Shown in pieces: positions 15,600 through 22,563 of a stretch of 24,750 nt of DNA. Source of the DNA: Candidatus Iainarchaeum sp. Lineage in GTDB: Archaea; Iainarchaeota; Iainarchaeia; Iainarchaeales; CSSED10-239. Under the pieces are notes generated by a model that saw only the letters and a program-made list of their open reading frames with translations, did not search any database and was not told where the DNA came from. The position numbers and the translations under genes were made by a program. The DNA is taken from positions 1 through 24,750 of the forward strand of contig PWLL01000060.1 of assembly GCA_003559395.1 (NCBI GenBank), given 5' to 3'. Each line of letters opens with the position of its first letter. Position 1 is the stretch's first letter.

Positions 15600-16909
15600 G
15601 TCTTCTTGATGCAGTAATAGGTGTTATACCTACTATAAAAGCACCAGCAAAAGTGCCAACCATAAAACAAAAATTGTTATGGACATTAATAATCTTAGTT
15701 TTGTTTTTCTTACTTGGAACTATATCTTTGTTTGGTGTAGAAGCAACTGTTGATCTTGGTTTTTACCAAATGGTTTTAGCCAGTAATATAGGAACGTTGT
15801 TAACTTTAGGTATTGGTCCTATCGTTGTGGCCTCTATTATCCTTCAACTGTTAGCAGGAATAAAAATACTTAACTTTGATTTTTCAAACAAAGCAGATCG
15901 TACCAGATTTAGTGGTTTACAAACAATTTTAGCAATTGTTATTGCAGTTGTAGAAGCAATAGTTATGACGATGTTTGGATTGTTAAGAGCAGCAGATGGA
16001 ATGTTTTGGATAGTTGTTGTTCAGATTGTTTTAGGTGCTATATTGATTATTTATTTTGATGATATTATTAATAAATACGGAATTGGATCAGGAATCGGAT
16101 TGTTTATTGCTGCAGGAGTTTCACAAGCAATTCTTTGGAGACTATTTAGTATTCCAACAGTAGGATATGGAGGAGGACTTATCTTTCAAGCATTTACTTT
16201 ACTTGCACAAGGAAGCACAATACAGTTTTTAACAGTTGTTTTTATTCCTATCTTAATGACACTATTAGTGTTTTTTGTTGTGCTCTATGCAGAAAGTATG
16301 CACATCAACATACCCTTGACAGTTGGGCGAAGTGGAATGGGGGCTAAATACCCTGTTAAGTTTTTGTATGTTTCAGTTATGCCTGTTATCTTAGCATCCA
16401 CCTTGTTTGTAAACATTAGTTTGTTAACAAGAGTACTTCCGCCATCAAGAATAGCAAACTTTATACAATCTTTCTTAAACACACCACACATGTTAATAGA
16501 TACCATGATTGCAAATGGATTTTCTTTATTGTTATTGTTACAAGGAATAGGATATATGATTTTGTTTGTTGGAGTCTGTGTTATCTTTGGAAAATTTTGG
16601 GTAGAAGTTGGTGGACAAGGTGTCGAAAATGTTGCAAAACAATTACAAAGCTCAGGTATGTCAATTCCTGGATTTAGAAGAGACCAAAGAGTTATAGTAG
16701 GAGTACTAAACAGATACATTCCCACAATTGTTATTTTAGGATCCATGTTTGTAGGACTTTTGTCTTTCTTTGCAGACCTTACAGGTGCAATAGGAACAGG
16801 AACAGGAGTTTTATTAACTGTTGGAGTAATATATAGATTTTATGAACAACTTGCAAAAGATCAAGCTTTTGAATCAAGTAGCATGTTGAAACAACTAGTA
16901 GGTAAATAA
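15596..16909 (+). CDS. secY: preprotein translocase subunit SecY
   Basis: 437 aa polytopic membrane protein directly after L15, with ATGA overlap. The N-terminal PTIKQKLLWTLIILVLFFLLG TM1 and overall hydrophobic layout are typical of SecY/Sec61alpha. Confidence 0.95.
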   Translation: MSLLDAVIGVIPTIKAPAKVPTIKQKLLWTLIILVLFFLLGTISLFGVEATVDLGFYQMVLASNIGTLLTLGIGPIVVASIILQLLAGIKILNFDFSNKADRTRFSGLQTILAIVIAVVEAIVMTMFGLLRAADGMFWIVVVQIVLGAILIIYFDDIINKYGIGSGIGLFIAAGVSQAILWRLFSIPTVGYGGGLIFQAFTLLAQGSTIQFLTVVFIPILMTLLVFFVVLYAESMHINIPLTVGRSGMGAKYPVKFLYVSVMPVILASTLFVNISLLTRVLPPSRIANFIQSFLNTPHMLIDTMIANGFSLLLLLQGIGYMILFVGVCVIFGKFWVEVGGQGVENVAKQLQSSGMSIPGFRRDQRVIVGVLNRYIPTIVILGSMFVGLLSFFADLTGAIGTGTGVLLTVGVIYRFYEQLAKDQAFESSSMLKQLVGK

Positions 16910-16923
16910 AAAAAATGATATTT

Positions 16924-17358
16924 ATGAGTTTTCCATTAATTAGTCCGTGGGTAGATTTAATTATCTTAGCTTTAGTATTTGCATTAATAAATAAAGGGTT
17001 ACAACATTTGTTTGCAAACCCAAGAAGATACTTTCAAATAAAAACAGAAATAAAAGATACAAGCAAAGAACTAAAACAACTTTACAAAGAACAAAAAGTA
17101 GAAGAAGCACAAAAAAAACAAAAAGAATCAATGAAGTTAGTAGGAGAACAATTTAAATTAACTATGAAGCCTATGCTTTATATAATGGTTGTTGCATTTC
17201 CTTTACTTTATTTTATAAAACACTATTATGGAGAAATAACTTACAACTTTGGACTCTTTGCTGTGTCTGGTTTGTGGGCTTACATTCTTATAGGAATGGT
17301 CATTTCAATAATTGTTACAAATGTTTATGATAAAACCCTTGCAAAAAAATACAAATAA
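16924..17358 (+). CDS. DUF106-family membrane protein (archaeal YidC/Oxa1-like insertase candidate)
   Basis: TM1 (WVDLIILALVFALIN), then a charged coiled hairpin (KDTSKELKQLYKEQKVEEAQKKQKESMK), then two more TM segments. This is the gene usually found near secY/adk in archaeal spc clusters. The assignment rests on topology and synteny only. Confidence 0.65.
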   Translation: MSFPLISPWVDLIILALVFALINKGLQHLFANPRRYFQIKTEIKDTSKELKQLYKEQKVEEAQKKQKESMKLVGEQFKLTMKPMLYIMVVAFPLLYFIKHYYGEITYNFGLFAVSGLWAYILIGMVISIIVTNVYDKTLAKKYK

Positions 17359-17422
17359 ATAATGTTAAAAACAAATGTATACTATATAATATATATAATA
17401 AAAAGAAAGATGGAGAATCAAT

Positions 17423-17764
17423 ATGCCTTCACCAAATGAAAAAAACAAAAAAAGAAAAAGCATAAGAACACCAGGCGGTGTGACAAAAACCGTTTATGTT
17501 AAAAAGAAAACTAAAAAAGACAAATGTAGTTTATGTTCAAGAAATTTAAACGGAATGCCACATGGAAAAAGACCATTTGAAGTAAAGAAACTTAAAAAAA
17601 CACAAAGAAGACCAGAAAATTTGTTGGCATCAGTGGTTTGTCCAGTATGTAGAGATGTTATTTATCAAGAAGCAGTTATGTTAAAATATAGTGTTGTTGA
17701 AACAAAAGATATAGATACAAAACATCTAAAATATATAGACATGATTAAAAAAAGAATAAAATAA
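17423..17764 (+). CDS. rpl34e: 50S ribosomal protein eL34
   Basis: IRTPGGVTKTVYVKKKTKKDKCSLCSRNLNGMP...VVCPVCRDVI shows the four-Cys L34e pattern. GGAG SD at 17411-17414. Confidence 0.88.
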   Translation: MPSPNEKNKKRKSIRTPGGVTKTVYVKKKTKKDKCSLCSRNLNGMPHGKRPFEVKKLKKTQRRPENLLASVVCPVCRDVIYQEAVMLKYSVVETKDIDTKHLKYIDMIKKRIK

Positions 17765-17786
17765 GTTATAAAAATGTGATTAAGAT

Positions 17787-17945
17787 ATGGGAATACTAAA
17801 ACCAGGAATCCAAGGAATTATTATGAGAGGAACAGACTTTGGAAAGAAAATAAATATTGATAAAGTAGATGAAAAATTTGTTTATTTTAAAATAAAAGAT
17901 AAACAAAAAAAAATTGGAATAAAACAAATATTTCCATTAAAATAA
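17787..17945 (+). CDS. rpl14e: 50S ribosomal protein eL14, minimal 52-aa form
   Basis: Not in the ORF track. Hand translation: MGILKPGIQGIIMRGTDFGKKINIDKVDEKFVYFKIKDKQKKIGIKQIFPLK. KOW/SH3-like pattern G..I.v.G...GkK..I.dv.DekFV as in archaeal L14e. GTGA SD at 17775-17778. Expected position after L34e. Confidence 0.55.
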   Translation: MGILKPGIQGIIMRGTDFGKKINIDKVDEKFVYFKIKDKQKKIGIKQIFPLK

Positions 17946-17960
17946 AATATGTGAATACTT

Positions 17961-18554
17961 ATGGCAAATAAAAAAGCAAAAACACAAAAGAAAAATCCAA
18001 AAGCACAAAAAAAGAAAAAAGAAATTGTAGTTAAAAAGAAAACAACAGAAAGATTAAGAAAACCAAAAGAAAAACCACAACCATCACACATTAATCTATC
18101 AACAGAAACAAAAGACTTTAGACAGATTGTAAGACTAGGTAACAGAGATGTTCCTGGTTATTTAAACTTAGACCAAGGATTAATGTTAATCTATGGTGTA
18201 AGTCATAGAACCTCAAAAATAATTGCAAAAGTATTTGAAGAAAAATATAAACAAGTAAAAAAGATTGGATATTTGTCAGATAAAGATGCAGAAAATATAG
18301 AAGATATTATGAATAATCTAGAAACATATGTTCCTTCTTGGCTATTAAATAGACCAAAAATAAGAGAAGAAGGAAAAAAACATTTGACAATGGCAGAACT
18401 TCAACTTTCACAAAGAAAAGAACTTCAAAGACTTGGGAAAATTAAAAGCTATAGAGGATTAAGACTTCAATGGGGCCTTACAGTAAGAGGACAAAAAACT
18501 AAAGGAAGTTTTAGAAATAAAGGAAAAGTAGTTGGAGTAACTAAAAAGAAATAA
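17961..18554 (+). CDS. rps13: 30S ribosomal protein uS13 with a Lys-rich N-terminal extension
   Basis: The conserved part starts near DFRQIVRLGNRDVPGYLNLDQGLMLIYGVSHRTSKIIA. It is preceded by about 45-50 residues rich in K (MANKKAKTQKKNPKAQKKKKEIVVKKK...). Confidence 0.92.
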   Translation: MANKKAKTQKKNPKAQKKKKEIVVKKKTTERLRKPKEKPQPSHINLSTETKDFRQIVRLGNRDVPGYLNLDQGLMLIYGVSHRTSKIIAKVFEEKYKQVKKIGYLSDKDAENIEDIMNNLETYVPSWLLNRPKIREEGKKHLTMAELQLSQRKELQRLGKIKSYRGLRLQWGLTVRGQKTKGSFRNKGKVVGVTKKK

Positions 18555-18570
18555 TTAAGGAGTAATCAAC

Positions 18571-19128
18571 ATGGGCGAACCAAGAAGATTAGAAAGACAA
18601 TATAGTGTTCCTAAAAAAATATGGAATAAACAAAAAATAATTAGCGATAGAGCCATCATAACAGAATACGGACTAAAAACAAAAAAAGAAGTTTGGAAAG
18701 CAGAATCGTTAGTTAGAAAATTCAGAAAAAATGCACGAAAACTACTTGCAGGCGTAGTAGATAACTATGATGTAAGACATGACGAGCTTTTTGCAAGACT
18801 TGTAAATCTTGGAATACTAACAAAAGAAAATGTTCTTGAAGATGTTTTGAAACTTCAAACAACAGATATTTTAGAAAGAAGACTACAGACACAAGTGTTT
18901 AGAAGAGGACTTGCACTTTCTCCTAAGCAAGCAAGACAACTAATAACACATGGACACGTTGCTGTAAACGGTGTTGTAAGAACATCCCCAGCATCAATAG
19001 TAAACATAAAAGAAGATATTTCTTACTCTTCATCAAAAATAAAAGCAGTTGTAGATAGAGATCTAGAAAATAAAGGAAAACCAGTAACAGAAGCAAAAGA
19101 AGAAAAAGAAGAGGAAAAGAAGGAGTGA
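18571..19128 (+). CDS. rps4: 30S ribosomal protein uS4
   Basis: MGEPRRLERQYSVPKKIWN N-terminus and S4 RNA-binding domain RRLQTQVFRRGLALSPKQARQLITHGHVAVNG. AGGAG SD at 18558-18562. Confidence 0.95.
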   Translation: MGEPRRLERQYSVPKKIWNKQKIISDRAIITEYGLKTKKEVWKAESLVRKFRKNARKLLAGVVDNYDVRHDELFARLVNLGILTKENVLEDVLKLQTTDILERRLQTQVFRRGLALSPKQARQLITHGHVAVNGVVRTSPASIVNIKEDISYSSSKIKAVVDRDLENKGKPVTEAKEEKEEEKKE

Positions 19129-19133
19129 AAAAT

Positions 19134-19520
19134 ATGGCAAATGCAAAAAAAGGAATCATCCATATATTCGCAACAAGAAATAATACAATGATTGTTTTAA
19201 CAGACGAAACAGGTGCAGAAATTGTTGCAAAATGTACTGGTGGACAAATGACTAAATCACAAAGAAAAGAAGGCTCCCCCTATATCGCAACAAAAGCAGC
19301 ACAAGTAATCTCAGACAAAGCCAAAGATAGAGGAATCAGAGAGGTGTACGTGAAGATAAGAGCACCTGGAGGAAACCTTTATAATAACCCTGGACAAGGA
19401 GCAGAGGCTTCTTTAAAATCCTTAACAAGAGCAGGATTGAATGTTTTAAGTGTTGCAAACGCTACACCAATGCCACATGATGGTTGTAGAAAAAAAGAAA
19501 GATATAGAAGGAAAAAGTAG
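19134..19520 (+). CDS. rps11: 30S ribosomal protein uS11
   Basis: GIIHIFATRNNTMIVLTDETG...GSPYIATKAAQ...IRAPGG...TPMPHDGCRKKERYR. Start moved to ATG 19134 because AGGAGTGA at 19121-19128 is the SD. Confidence 0.95.
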   Translation: MANAKKGIIHIFATRNNTMIVLTDETGAEIVAKCTGGQMTKSQRKEGSPYIATKAAQVISDKAKDRGIREVYVKIRAPGGNLYNNPGQGAEASLKSLTRAGLNVLSVANATPMPHDGCRKKERYRRKK

Positions 19521-19532
19521 GATGATGTAAAT

Positions 19533-20270
19533 ATGCCTAAAATAAATTTTGTAGAAGAATATCCAAAAGCACAAAAGTTTTTGGTAGAAAATACAGATCA
19601 TGTATTGTTGAATGCTTTTAGAAGAATCATTGGATATAATCTATCAACATATGCAATAGATGAAATCAGTGTTACAGAAAATGATTCTGTTGCCTTTGAT
19701 GAGTTTATAGCAAACAGAATAGGAATGATTCCAATAATTACTCCAAAAGAAAATACAGGCAAAAAAGTAACTTTTAGTTTAGAAAAAGAAGGACCTTGTA
19801 CAGTATATTCTAAAGACCTTATATCAGATGATAAAGAAGTAGAAGTAAAATATGATACTATTCCAATAACCAAACTAGCCGAAAATCAAAAACTTTATTT
19901 AGAAGGATATGCAAACTTAGGAATCGGAAGCACACATACAAAGTTTATGCCCGCAATCGTTGGATATCAACAAATCACAAACATAAACGTTTTGAAAGGA
20001 TGTCAAAGTTGTGAAGCTTGTTTGAACGCTTGCCCAAACAAAAACATAAAGATGGTATCAAACAAACCAAAGATAATAGAAGCTAACAAATGTACCTCTT
20101 GTCGAGCATGTGTAGACGCATGCCCAAAAGATTGTTTAGCAATGGAAGATACTAACGATTATTATTTAACAATAGAAACTATCGGACAAAGCTCAATAGA
20201 AGACCTATTACATATGACACAAAGATATACTAAAGAATATTTTAGTTTATTAAAAAAGAAATTGAAATAA
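19533..20270 (+). CDS. rpoD: DNA-directed RNA polymerase subunit D (Rpo3) with a ferredoxin-like two-motif Fe-S domain
   Basis: Position S11-RpoD-L18e. LLNAFRRIIGYNLSTYAIDEISV...ANRIGMIPI dimerisation-domain motifs. CQSCEACLNACP and CTSCRACVDACP lie in the inserted domain. Confidence 0.9.
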   Translation: MPKINFVEEYPKAQKFLVENTDHVLLNAFRRIIGYNLSTYAIDEISVTENDSVAFDEFIANRIGMIPIITPKENTGKKVTFSLEKEGPCTVYSKDLISDDKEVEVKYDTIPITKLAENQKLYLEGYANLGIGSTHTKFMPAIVGYQQITNINVLKGCQSCEACLNACPNKNIKMVSNKPKIIEANKCTSCRACVDACPKDCLAMEDTNDYYLTIETIGQSSIEDLLHMTQRYTKEYFSLLKKKLK

Positions 20271-20274
20271 TTGG

Positions 20275-20280
20275 TTTTTT
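20275..20280 (+). terminator. oligo-T tract (T6) between the rpoD stop and the tRNA; candidate archaeal termination or pause signal
   Basis: ttggtttttt lies immediately 3' of the TAA at 20268-20270. Oligo-T runs are the known archaeal intrinsic termination signal. Function is not demonstrable from sequence. Confidence 0.25.
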
Positions 20281-20362
20281 GCTGGGGTTCCCGAGCGGTC
20301 AAAGGGGCTGGACTTAAGATCCAGTGCTTAGTGCTTCGCAGGTTCGAATCCTGCCCTCAGCA
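20281..20362 (+). tRNA. tRNA-Leu (anticodon UAA), class II, no encoded CCA, no intron
   Basis: Hand fold. Acceptor GCUGGGG/CCCUCAG(C) is 7 bp with one G-U. D arm is CCC..GGG with loop AGCGGUCAAA. Anticodon stem is CUGGA/UCCAG with loop CUUAAGA. The long 13-nt variable region is UGCUUAGUGCUUC. T arm is GCAGG-UUCGAAU-CCUGC. Discriminator is A. Confidence 0.9.
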
Positions 20363-20396
20363 ATCATTATATTTATTAAAAAAAGGTGTTTAACCT

Positions 20397-20753
20397 ATGA
20401 AAACAGAAGAAAAAAATAATGAACTTAAAAAAACAATAGATAAACTATATAAAACAAGTACAGAAAAAAAAAAAGATATATACTTTGCAATAGCAAAAGA
20501 ACTTGAAAGATCAAGAAAAAATACCGCAAAAGTAAACCTATCCAAAATAGACGTACTTAAGAACATAAAAGAAACATCAATTGTTGTTGTTCCTGGAAAA
20601 GTTCTAGGATACGGAGATACGAAAAAGAAAGTGGTTATCTACGCATATAGTTTTTCAAAATCTGCAAAAGAAAAACTGCAAGCAAAAGCAAAAAGTTTAG
20701 AACACTTTTGTAAAGATAAAATAAATTATAAAGATGTAGTTATTATTAAATAA
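20397..20753 (+). CDS. rpl18e: 50S ribosomal protein eL18
   Basis: AKVNLSKIDVL...IVVVPGKVLGYGDTKKKVVIYAYSFSKSAKEKL matches the L18e pattern. Position before L13. Confidence 0.9.
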   Translation: MKTEEKNNELKKTIDKLYKTSTEKKKDIYFAIAKELERSRKNTAKVNLSKIDVLKNIKETSIVVVPGKVLGYGDTKKKVVIYAYSFSKSAKEKLQAKAKSLEHFCKDKINYKDVVIIK

Positions 20754-20764
20754 AAGTGATAGTT

Positions 20765-21178
20765 ATGATAATAAATGGAAAAAATAAAATACTTGGAAGA
20801 ATGTGTACAGAAGTTGCAAAGAAACTACTTAATGAAGAAAAAGTAGTTGTTGTAAATGCAAGAAACATAGTGATAAGCGGGTCAAGAGAAAAGATTTTTA
20901 AAAAATATGACCTAAAAGCAGAAAAAAAAGGAAAAGGAAATCCAAGTAAAAACCCTGAACTGAAAAGACTTCCAGACGCCATTGTCAAAAGAACTGTAAG
21001 AGGAATGCTTCCTAGAACACCAAGAGGAGTTACAGCTCTTAAAAGACTAAAAGTATTTATAGATGTTCCAGAAGAACATTCAAAAGAAAAATTAGAAACT
21101 ACAGAAAGACCACATATATTACATATAACTTTAGAAGAATTATCCCTACACTTAGGAGCAAAACTAAAAAAAATATAA
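20765..21178 (+). CDS. rpl13: 50S ribosomal protein uL13
   Basis: MIINGKNKILGRMCTEVAKKLLNEEKVVVVNARNIVISG. Start moved to ATG 20765 because GTGA at 20756-20759 is the SD. Confidence 0.94.
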   Translation: MIINGKNKILGRMCTEVAKKLLNEEKVVVVNARNIVISGSREKIFKKYDLKAEKKGKGNPSKNPELKRLPDAIVKRTVRGMLPRTPRGVTALKRLKVFIDVPEEHSKEKLETTERPHILHITLEELSLHLGAKLKKI

Positions 21179-21191
21179 AGAGAGATAAAAC

Positions 21192-21596
21192 ATGGTTAAA
21201 AATTATTTTGTAAAATCTTCAAGAAAAAAAGCAAAAGCAAGATGTTTAGTAAAAAAAGGTACTGGTAAAATTTTCGTAAATAAAACACCAGTAGATGCAA
21301 TGTTTAGTGGATATAAAAAAGAAATTATTTTAGAACCATCAAATATTGTTCCAGAAAACTTTCAAAAACTAGATTTTTTTGTAAATGTTTCTGGCGGAGG
21401 TTCATCTGGTCAGATACAAACAATTAGATCTTGTGTTGCAAAAGGAATCTTAGAAGCAAATAATAATAAAGAAGAAATTAGAGAACAATTTATGAAATAT
21501 GATAGATATCTAATTGTTGATGATGTGCGTCAAAAAGAAGCTAAGAAACAACTAGGTCGTGGTGCTAGAGCAAAGAAGCAACACTCCAAAAGGTGA
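21192..21596 (+). CDS. rps9: 30S ribosomal protein uS9
   Basis: GGGSSGQIQTIRSCVAKGIL and the C-terminal DVRQKEAKKQLGRGARAKKQHSKR signature. Confidence 0.95.
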   Translation: MVKNYFVKSSRKKAKARCLVKKGTGKIFVNKTPVDAMFSGYKKEIILEPSNIVPENFQKLDFFVNVSGGGSSGQIQTIRSCVAKGILEANNNKEEIREQFMKYDRYLIVDDVRQKEAKKQLGRGARAKKQHSKR

Positions 21597-21600
21597 TTTT

Positions 21601-21792
21601 ATGATATGTCCTGTACGTTGTTTTTCATGTGGTCAGGTCGTTGCTGACAAATATGAAGAATATAAGAGACTAATAGAAGAAGAAAAAAAAACTAAAGGCC
21701 AAGCACTTGATATTGTTGGCCTTAGAAAATATTGTTGTAGACGTATGTTGTTAACACATACAGATGTAATAGACGACATTATAAAATACTAA
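21601..21792 (+). CDS. rpoN: DNA-directed RNA polymerase subunit N (Rpo10)
   Basis: MICPVRCFSCGQVVADKYEEY...YCCRRMLLTHTD is the RpoN/Rpb10 zinc-bundle signature. Start is ATG 21601, after GGTGA at 21592-21596. The track's 21559 start would overlap S9. Confidence 0.93.
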   Translation: MICPVRCFSCGQVVADKYEEYKRLIEEEKKTKGQALDIVGLRKYCCRRMLLTHTDVIDDIIKY

Positions 21793-21807
21793 AATTTGTG
21801 AAAGAAT

Positions 21808-22503
21808 ATGAGTGAAGTAAAAACAAAAAATCAGCCAAAAACTCTTGTAAATATAGACCTTTATTTAAAGAATGGTATTCATATTGGTACAAAATATAAA
21901 AACGGACCAATGAGAAGATTTATCTTTAAGTCCAGAAGTGATAAACTTAATGTCATGGATGTACAAAGTATAGATAAAAGAATAAAAATAAGTATAGACT
22001 TTTTATCAAGACAAGATCCAAAAGACGTTTTGTTTGTTTCTAGAAAAAGATATTCTTTGCCAGGAATGAAACTTTTAGAAAAAACCTTTGGATATAGGAT
22101 AATGTACGATAGATTTGTGCCTGGAACTCTAACAAACCCACAATCAGAACACTTTATAGAACCAAAGCTTTTGTTTGTTTCTGATCCAAATGTAGATAGA
22201 CAAGCAATAGTCGAAGCAAAGAAAATAGGACTACCAGTTATGGCTTTATCAACAACATCTAGTAATATAAGAGATATAGACTTTATTATACCATATAACA
22301 ATAAAGGAAAAAAATCTGTAGCACTATATTTTTGGTTACTAATAAAAGAGCTATATAAAAATAACGGACTTATTAAATCAGATAAAGAATATCAATATAA
22401 CGTAGAAGACTTTGTTTATGAACTTGATAAAGAAGAAAAAAGAAAATCTCAACAAAAAGAAAGAAGATTTGGAAGACCACAAAGAAGGTTTAGAAAACAA
22501 TAG
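21808..22503 (+). CDS. rps2: 30S ribosomal protein uS2
   Basis: YLKNGIHIGTKYKNGPMRRFIFKSRSDKLNVMDV..., DPNVDRQAIVEAKKIGLPVMAL. Basic C-terminal tail KRKSQQKERRFGRPQRRFRKQ. Confidence 0.94.
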   Translation: MSEVKTKNQPKTLVNIDLYLKNGIHIGTKYKNGPMRRFIFKSRSDKLNVMDVQSIDKRIKISIDFLSRQDPKDVLFVSRKRYSLPGMKLLEKTFGYRIMYDRFVPGTLTNPQSEHFIEPKLLFVSDPNVDRQAIVEAKKIGLPVMALSTTSSNIRDIDFIIPYNNKGKKSVALYFWLLIKELYKNNGLIKSDKEYQYNVEDFVYELDKEEKRKSQQKERRFGRPQRRFRKQ

Positions 22504-22524
22504 GTTTATAAGATGTTTTGTTGT

Positions 22525-22540
22525 TAACTATTATTAGTTA
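22525..22540 (+). promoter_or_regulatory. inverted repeat TAACTA-N4-TAGTTA; candidate operator in front of the TrmB-like gene
   Basis: Perfect 6-bp arms at 22525-22530 and 22535-22540. They lie about 13-30 nt downstream of a TATA-like tttataag (22505-22512) and 24 nt upstream of ATG 22564. Chance occurrence in AT-rich DNA is not negligible. Confidence 0.25.
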
Positions 22541-22563
22541 GAAAATTATTTAAGGTGGAGCAA

